From positions 104,502-168,501 of the forward strand of contig CAYUPO010000001.1 of the NCBI GenBank assembly GCA_964446685.1: a stretch of 64,000 bases of DNA, read 5' to 3'. This DNA is from an uncultured Gammaproteobacteria bacterium (lineage in GTDB: Bacteria; Patescibacteriota; Microgenomatia; Daviesbacterales; UBA10151). Each line of letters opens with the position of its first letter. Within the stretch, counting starts at the first letter, position 1. Under the pieces are notes generated by a model. It was not told where the DNA came from. It worked only from the letters and a program-made list of their open reading frames with translations, and did no database searches. Position numbers and translations under genes: made by a program. Below, one piece after another: positions 57,913 to 64,000 of this stretch.

Positions 57913-60036
57913 TTAGGATTGTGTGGGTGACGGTGTTTCAGTTGAGGCTTTTTCATCTTTTGGTTTGGTCCATGAGGCGAAAGTGCAGTTTGGCCAATTT
58001 TTGCAGCCATAAAAAGTTTTGCCTTTTTTAGTTTTTCTGACCATGATATCTCCCCCATCCTGCGGGCATTTGGCGTCAATTTGTTCAACTATTGGTTCGG
58101 TATGTTTACAGTCAGGAAAGCCGGAACAGGCAAGGAATTTACCAAATTTACCGGTTCTGACCAGTAGATCTTTTCCACACTCAGGACATTGTTTATCAAC
58201 TTTTTCTACCTCAAGTGCTACTCTGTCGGCAGTACCTCCAATCACTTCAACTTTTTTCTCAAAAGGTCGGAAAAAATCAGCAATCGTCTGTTTCCACTGT
58301 CTTTCACCACGGGAAACCTCATCCAGTCTGTCCTCCATCTGAGCGGTAAATTCATAATCAAAAACCTCAGCAAAATGTTTCATCAAAAAATCATTTACTG
58401 CCATACCTAGCGGGGTAGATTTGAATTTCCGTTCTTCCCGTTCAACATAAAACCGGTCCTGAATGGTCGAAATAATTGGAGCATAAGTAGAAGGACGGCC
58501 AATGCCCAGCTCTTCCAGTCTTTTCACCAAAGAAGCTTCGGTAAACCGGGGCGGTGGCTGAGTAAAATGTTGAGCAGGAGTAACTTTTTTCTCATCAAGT
58601 GGCTCATCCTGATTTAATTCAGGGAGAACCTGTTTTTTATCTTCACTTTTTTCTTCAGCTGAGGGTTGTTCAGCTTCTTCTTCAACAAACTGTTTGACAC
58701 CGTAAAGCTTTAACCAGCCGTCAAATTTTAAAATTGTTCCGGTAGTTCGGAGCAAATAGCTTTCAGTCGTCTGTCGTCTGTCATCTGTCGTCTGATCTAT
58801 GCTTTTTGCTGATGACTGATCGCTGATGGCTGATGGCTTGGCTGTTACATCAACAGTTGTCTGGTCTAGTACCGCATCAGCCATTTGAGAAGCCAAAGTT
58901 CTTTTCCAGATCAAGTCATACAGCTTTTTGTGATCCCGGGTAAACTGGTCGATGTTTAATTTTTCTCCCGGAAGTGCCATATTTGTCGGTCTGATCGCTT
59001 CATGAGCTTCCTGGGCATTTTTGGATTTAGCTTTGTAAATCCGTTTCATAGCTGGGACATAAGCTGCACCATAGGTTGAGCCAATATATTCTCTGGCTGA
59101 TTCGACTGCTTCTGAAGAAAGATTGACTGAATCGGTTCTCATGTAGGTGATCATTCCCTGTTCATACAGATTTTGGGCTAACATCATGGCTTTTTTAGCA
59201 CTCATACCCAGTTTATTGCCTGCTGCCTGCTGAAGCGTTGAAGTGGTAAAAGGAGCTGAAGGATATCGTTTGACCTCTTTTTTATTTACTTTCGTGACTA
59301 AATATGAAGCCACTTCCAGATCTTTTACTATGGCTTCAGCTTCCTCTGTATTTTTTATTTCAACTTTTTTACCATCTTTTTCAACCAATTCAATCCGAAA
59401 TTCCTGGCCACTTTTTTTTGCCACTACGACTTCAATACTCCAGTATTCAACTGGCTTAAAAGCATCAATTTCCCGGTCTCTTTCGACGATTAGTCTAAGG
59501 GCGACTGACTGAACCCGGCCGGCAGATAACCCTCTTTTAACTTTTTTCCAAAGTAGAGGAGACAATTTATATCCTACTAAACGGTCTAATACTCGTCTGG
59601 CCTGTTGAGCATCAACTAGCTTGGTGTCCAGATCTCTGGGGTGTAAAAAAGCATCTTTAATAGCACTTTCAGTGATCTCATGAAAAACCACCCGTTTGAT
59701 ATCATGAACCATCGCTTTTTCACCTTTTTTAGGTTTGATATCCTCAATAATAGACCTGATATGCCAGGCAATTGCTTCACCTTCACGGTCAGGATCGGAG
59801 GCCAGCCAGATATTTTTAGCTCCTTCAGCGATCTTTTTCAGTTCATTTACTTTTTTCTTTTTATCACGGGGAATTATGTATTTAGGATCAAAATTACCAG
59901 CTGTATCTACCCCCATCTCGGACTTTGGCAGGTCACGGATATGTCCCATGGAGGCTTCAATCCGGTAATCTTTGCCCAAAAAACGGGCTAAGGTACGGGC
60001 TTTGGTAGGTGACTCAACAATTACTAAGTTATTCAT
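57913..60036 (-). CDS. topA: DNA topoisomerase I
   Basis: IVESPTKA, DPDREGEAI, SAGRVQS, ITYMRTDS, AQEAHEAIRPT, GIGRPSTY, C-terminal zinc ribbons. Confidence 0.98.
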   Translation of the reverse strand: MNNLVIVESPTKARTLARFLGKDYRIEASMGHIRDLPKSEMGVDTAGNFDPKYIIPRDKKKKVNELKKIAEGAKNIWLASDPDREGEAIAWHIRSIIEDIKPKKGEKAMVHDIKRVVFHEITESAIKDAFLHPRDLDTKLVDAQQARRVLDRLVGYKLSPLLWKKVKRGLSAGRVQSVALRLIVERDREIDAFKPVEYWSIEVVVAKKSGQEFRIELVEKDGKKVEIKNTEEAEAIVKDLEVASYLVTKVNKKEVKRYPSAPFTTSTLQQAAGNKLGMSAKKAMMLAQNLYEQGMITYMRTDSVNLSSEAVESAREYIGSTYGAAYVPAMKRIYKAKSKNAQEAHEAIRPTNMALPGEKLNIDQFTRDHKKLYDLIWKRTLASQMADAVLDQTTVDVTAKPSAISDQSSAKSIDQTTDDRRQTTESYLLRTTGTILKFDGWLKLYGVKQFVEEEAEQPSAEEKSEDKKQVLPELNQDEPLDEKKVTPAQHFTQPPPRFTEASLVKRLEELGIGRPSTYAPIISTIQDRFYVEREERKFKSTPLGMAVNDFLMKHFAEVFDYEFTAQMEDRLDEVSRGERQWKQTIADFFRPFEKKVEVIGGTADRVALEVEKVDKQCPECGKDLLVRTGKFGKFLACSGFPDCKHTEPIVEQIDAKCPQDGGDIMVRKTKKGKTFYGCKNWPNCTFASWTKPKDEKASTETPSPTQS
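58764..58838. repeat. Two heptamer tandem arrays inserted in frame in topA
   Basis: (CTGTCGT)x4 and (GCTGATG)x4, encoding PSAISDQSSAKSIDQTTDDRRQTTE. Confidence 0.82.
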
Positions 60037-60141
60037 AAGTTAGGTATTTAGTATATGGGGTATTTAAAAGAAAGAAAACTATCAAAAGACAAATTCTTTC
60101 AGAAATACTTCGCAGAGGAATTGTACACGGCGTGTCAATAT

Positions 60142-60420
60142 TTAAATGCTGACGAGTTTTTGAATACCAGCAATTGGTGCTTTAAGATTTAATCTCTCAG
60201 AATTTACTATCACATTGTTAGCATGATAGGCGTATTTAAAGAGTGAACCAATAGACAGTAAAGCTGGCACCAGACTGACATCTCCCCGATGTTCCGGTAA
60301 TATAAACGCATTTAAAGCTACTATAAAAGAAGCTGCTAATGCAGCAATAAGTGGATATCTGGCCTTTTCACTTTGCCTGTTTACTTCATTGATTATCCGA
60401 CGATAGTTTTCATTAGACAT
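60142..60420 (-). CDS. Small membrane protein
   Basis: 92 aa with two hydrophobic segments. Confidence 0.6.
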   Translation of the reverse strand: MSNENYRRIINEVNRQSEKARYPLIAALAASFIVALNAFILPEHRGDVSLVPALLSIGSLFKYAYHANNVIVNSERLNLKAPIAGIQKLVSI

Positions 60421-60433
60421 AATTAGAATAAAG

Positions 60434-60865
60434 CTATGGACAATTAATAACTAAATTTTGGCGGGCAACTTCTGTTGATTTTTCCTGACCCTGGGGAGTT
60501 TGATATCCTCGGATTAAAAATTCATGTCCATTTTGAATATCTACTCTACCTGTACCAGTTCTGTATAAACCCCGCGGCTCTCGGGTCATTAGAGAATGGT
60601 AACCTATTTTTTCATTTCCTCCCGCGACAATTCCTTCCTGCCCGGTAGTAGTGTTTAAAACTCCGATCGCTAAAGCCATTTCCGGATCACCTCCTGAAAA
60701 AGAAATATTCATTGCAATCGGCTGTCCTGGTTCTTTTGGACATTCGAAATCAGCTTCTAAGCTGGGCTGGAAGGATAATAGTCTTCCGCTCAAAGCCAAG
60801 ATAGATAATGATCTACCAGAATTTCGGCGAATTTTGTCAAACTCTTTTTTTAGTACTTCTAACAT
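60434..60865 (-). CDS. Hypothetical, possibly exported, protein
   Basis: 143 aa with a signal-like N-terminus; TATAAT upstream. Confidence 0.6.
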   Translation of the reverse strand: MLEVLKKEFDKIRRNSGRSLSILALSGRLLSFQPSLEADFECPKEPGQPIAMNISFSGGDPEMALAIGVLNTTTGQEGIVAGGNEKIGYHSLMTREPRGLYRTGTGRVDIQNGHEFLIRGYQTPQGQEKSTEVARQNLVINCP

Positions 60866-60906
60866 TATAATTATATTATAAGTCTAAATTGTAAGAATTC
60901 CAAGCA

Positions 60907-63456
60907 TCAATATTGTTTAAATATTTCGCTTGTAAGTGTGAAAGTTGATCCTTTTTGTAGTTTATCTTCCAACATCATTTTTGAAAGGTTGGATTCGATT
61001 TTGTCCTGAATTAAACGGCGCAGGGGTCTGGCTCCTAAAATAGGATCAAAACCCTGTCTGGCAAGCTCAGCAATCAGCTCTTTATCAAAATTAACCACAT
61101 ACCCCTGCTCCAGTAATTTTTGCTTTAATGCTTTTAATTTAATCTGAACGATCTCCTCCAGATCAAACTGTGACAGCGGCTTAAAAATAACCACTGAATC
61201 AAACCGGTTCACCAACTCCGGCTTCATCACTTTCAGCAACTCATCTCTGACTTCACTATTTATCTGCTCTAAACTTTTATTTGCTTTCAGACCATCTACT
61301 ATTAATAATGACCCCACGTTGGAAGTGGCAATAATAATCGTGTTAGTAAAATCAACTGTTTTGCCATCTCCTCCGGTCAGTCTCCCATCTTCCAGTATTT
61401 GCAGAAAAAGTGTCAGAATTTGCGGACTGGCTTTTTCAAATTCATCAAGCAATATCAGGCAATAAGGCTTATTTTTGATCGCTTCAGTCAGTTCACCAGG
61501 ATTTTCTGAAGTACCAAGCAACCGACTGGCTGATTCGCTTGACTGATACTCTGACATATCAAAACGGACAAAATAACTAGAGCTTGATTTGTCAACGTTG
61601 TTGCCAAAATAGACCTCTGACAAAGTTTTGGCAAGCTCAGTTTTACCAACTCCGGTGGGACCAACAAATAAAAATGAACCAATCGGACGGCTCTCTTCCC
61701 GTAAAGCTGTGGCTGCCCGCCGGAGTGTGTCTGCAACAGCTGTCACAGCCTGAACCTGATCGATCATCCGCTGATGAATAGCGTCCTCCAAATGGAGTAG
61801 GTTTTGCTTTTGATTTTGATCAAGCTCAAGCAAAGGCATATTTATCTGACGGGATAAAACAGTTTTAACCGTATCGGAAGAAATAACTTTGGCAGTAGTC
61901 TGAGTTTTACATTCATTATAAAGATACAAAGCTGAATCAGGCAGTTTTCTTTCATGAATATACTGTTTAGCTTTTTTGGCGATATAGTCCAAAGCCGGAA
62001 AAGTGGTTGTTATCCCCTGTGTCATCAAGGTTTCAATCGAACGGATTTTTAAGATACTAAGTGTTTCTTCAACAGTAGCTTCAGGTACTTCTACTTTATG
62101 AAAAAGCCTGGCTAAACTGCCCTCTTTTTCCAAAATCCGGGCGTAATTTCCCGGTTCAGTTGAAGCAATAAATTGAAAAGTATTTGATTCAAGATACGGA
62201 GTTAACAGAGAATAAATATTATAACTTTTGGATGCGTCCCCGATTCCTAATTCATGTATTTCATCAATAAAGACGATTACATCACCGCTTTGCTGTACCT
62301 CTTCAAAAGCTGCTTTTATTTTTTTAGCCATATCACCCTCTGAATTAACATTTGATAACAGTTTACTGGGCTCAAGTTTAACCAGCCTCCTGGTGGCCAA
62401 TACAGCTGGCGCATCGCCTGAAATAATCATTTTTGCCAGATACTGAACTAAGGTTGATTTTCCAACTCCAGGCTCACCCACCAGTAAAGCATTGCGATCT
62501 GTATCCTGGGATAAAATAGCTGTAACTTGGCTGACCACCTCTTCCCTGCCAAAAAAATCTTCAAAATACTGATACGAAGCCTGCAGTGTCAGATCGGTTG
62601 ATATAGCATCTAGTGCTGGTGTCGGAGCACCCAACCAGCCTCTGTTAGTTCCTTTGAGATGCCGGGTATGGAAATCCTCATCCCAGATATAGGATTTGCG
62701 CCACATCTGGTCTGTCTGTTCAATAAAAGTTTGCGCTCTTAAAAAGTCATCAATGGTTATCTGATTTTTAACAAGTTCAGGCTGAACTTCGGGAATAGTT
62801 TTTAAAAAGGCGATGAAAAAATCACTGACGCTAATGTGCCGTGCAGCTCTTTTTTTAGCCAGCATGAACGCTTCTTCGGCTAATTTAGACTGGTCAAAAG
62901 AAAGTGACTGAGGAATCTTCCATTCTTCAAGTTCCAATACTTTTAGTAGTTTTTTAATCTGACTTTTTTGCAATAAGATCTCCAGTTTGACCTCTTTTTG
63001 TTTAACTCTGGTAGCTTTCCAGATCTCTTTAGCGGATGTTATCTGCCAGGTTTTTTTAATGGGATGATAGATCAGATGATGAATAAAAAGAGCCAGTCCA
63101 AATATATTTCCAGCGAGTACCGGCAGATACAGCCACTCCTTAAAAGGAAGCAGATTGAGAAAATACATTAAAAGTGCCGGGGGAAGAATAATCCAGACAA
63201 TGGACAAAACAAATACAGAGACTGATGCGACCAGCATCGTGACAACTCCGCTTAATATTCTGACCAATCGGAAAATAAAACTGAGAATTCGCCCGACAAA
63301 AGAGGAGTCATGAAACAAAGGCACAAACATCAACCGCCACATCAGACCTACAGCCATATCTTCTTCTATTAAAAAAAGCAGATTTCGCCAGATTCGGATC
63401 AGTGTCTGGATGCCATCGATATACCAAAACCGGATCAAATGTAGGGGCAGCAACAT
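60907..63456 (-). CDS. ClpA/B-family double AAA+ ATPase with N-terminal transmembrane helices
   Basis: GEPGVGKS and GPTGVGKT Walker [29 protein letters not shown]; hydrophobic first ~130 aa. Confidence 0.9.
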   Translation of the reverse strand: MLLPLHLIRFWYIDGIQTLIRIWRNLLFLIEEDMAVGLMWRLMFVPLFHDSSFVGRILSFIFRLVRILSGVVTMLVASVSVFVLSIVWIILPPALLMYFLNLLPFKEWLYLPVLAGNIFGLALFIHHLIYHPIKKTWQITSAKEIWKATRVKQKEVKLEILLQKSQIKKLLKVLELEEWKIPQSLSFDQSKLAEEAFMLAKKRAARHISVSDFFIAFLKTIPEVQPELVKNQITIDDFLRAQTFIEQTDQMWRKSYIWDEDFHTRHLKGTNRGWLGAPTPALDAISTDLTLQASYQYFEDFFGREEVVSQVTAILSQDTDRNALLVGEPGVGKSTLVQYLAKMIISGDAPAVLATRRLVKLEPSKLLSNVNSEGDMAKKIKAAFEEVQQSGDVIVFIDEIHELGIGDASKSYNIYSLLTPYLESNTFQFIASTEPGNYARILEKEGSLARLFHKVEVPEATVEETLSILKIRSIETLMTQGITTTFPALDYIAKKAKQYIHERKLPDSALYLYNECKTQTTAKVISSDTVKTVLSRQINMPLLELDQNQKQNLLHLEDAIHQRMIDQVQAVTAVADTLRRAATALREESRPIGSFLFVGPTGVGKTELAKTLSEVYFGNNVDKSSSSYFVRFDMSEYQSSESASRLLGTSENPGELTEAIKNKPYCLILLDEFEKASPQILTLFLQILEDGRLTGGDGKTVDFTNTIIIATSNVGSLLIVDGLKANKSLEQINSEVRDELLKVMKPELVNRFDSVVIFKPLSQFDLEEIVQIKLKALKQKLLEQGYVVNFDKELIAELARQGFDPILGARPLRRLIQDKIESNLSKMMLEDKLQKGSTFTLTSEIFKQY

Positions 63457-63487
63457 ATTATATAGTGTAGCAGGAAAAGAGGGTGGG

Positions 63488-63627
63488 AGTTAATTAGTTA
63501 ATTAGTTAATTAGTTAATTAGTTAATTAGTGAACAGGTTATAAGCCAAGCATCTGTGCTAAAACTTTTTTGGTTGATTTAACTTTTAATCTGATTAACTA
63601 TTCTCTAGTTAACTGATTAACTCGCTA
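63488..63627. repeat. Inverted octamer array (AGTTAATT)n / (GATTAACT)
   Basis: (agttaatt) about five times at 63488-63530, with degenerate inverse units at 63590-63625. Confidence 0.85.
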
Positions 63628-64000
63628 AAACACCCTAACAACATTGCCTAAGGCATCCAGCTCTACAAAATGCTTGGCCCGGCCTTCAACAAAAGCGGCA
63701 CATTGATTTTCCGGAAGACTATCACTGGAAATTCGGGGATTGTGGACTATATCGACTACCCAGTCTGGCAGCAAGTCATTGGTCAGACAGGGACCTGTTG
63801 TAAAATCTATTCCTAAATCTTTCTTTTGCAGATAAACTTTTTTTGCCTGATCAACTGCATTGTCAGCTTCTATATCAACGCCAACTTTGTAGCCGTTTTT
63901 AAGTTTTCTTTCAAAAGGATTATGATTGTTTCCAAATACTGTAACCAGTGAAACGACCACAATGACTGAAAGAACTAAGAAAAATAATTTATCCTGTCTT
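63625..64000 (-). CDS. Hypothetical membrane-anchored protein, 5'-truncated by the window edge
   Basis: Frame stays open to the window end; TM segment, GPCL..DWVVDI.H.PR, NQC..F..G...HFVELD. Confidence 0.7.
   Translation of the reverse strand, partial: RQDKLFFLVLSVIVVVSLVTVFGNNHNPFERKLKNGYKVGVDIEADNAVDQAKKVYLQKKDLGIDFTTGPCLTNDLLPDWVVDIVHNPRISSDSLPENQCAAFVEGRAKHFVELDALGNVVRVF

Noticed and set aside
57541-58410. Short plus-strand and alternative-frame ORFs overlapping topA and the 93-aa gene
   Set aside because: They overlap well-supported genes and lack motifs; the same applies to the other short antisense ORFs in the track.
1-64000. Alternative genetic code (TGA recoded, as in some CPR lineages)
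   Set aside because: Conserved genes are full length in code 11 and several end in TGA (e.g. zwf), so there is no sign of recoding.

Overview
64 kb of AT-rich, gene-dense bacterial chromosome read in standard code 11, with most genes on the minus strand. It looks like a Patescibacteria/CPR genome, probably Microgenomates-type; this is inferred from leaderless genes, shortened Tig/Tsf/ProS, a membrane-anchored Clp ATPase and many orphan ORFs. Content: a de novo purine cluster (purE, purK, purB, two archaeal-type purP paralogues, guaA, fused purL, plus purN, folD, glyA), pgi/zwf/gnd/ROK, and housekeeping genes (uppP, cmk, rarA, cysS, recR, dnaX, ybeY, rpsU, tig, proS, rseP, frr, tsf, rpsB, topA). 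No rRNA, tRNA or CRISPR array was seen. Main findings: (1) a folA / thyA-like / dcd-like / inactive TS-fold / tmk / mazG / pyrG locus. The thymidylate synthase has Asp at the dUMP-specifying Asn (the dCMP-specific signature) and the Dcd homologue lacks its catalytic Glu, suggesting a non-canonical route through 5-methyl- or 5-hydroxymethyl-dCMP. A candidate NrdR box precedes it. (2) Two small GIY-YIG nuclease genes, each bracketed by inverted repeats whose relatives are dispersed across the window, nested within each other and inserted in frame into guaA and rarA. (3) A separate family of 7/8/9-nt periodic repeat arrays, also found inside folA, topA and guaA. (4) An apparent leader-peptide attenuator upstream of a 93-aa orphan gene. 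All functional claims beyond motif reading are inference from manual inspection; no searches were run.
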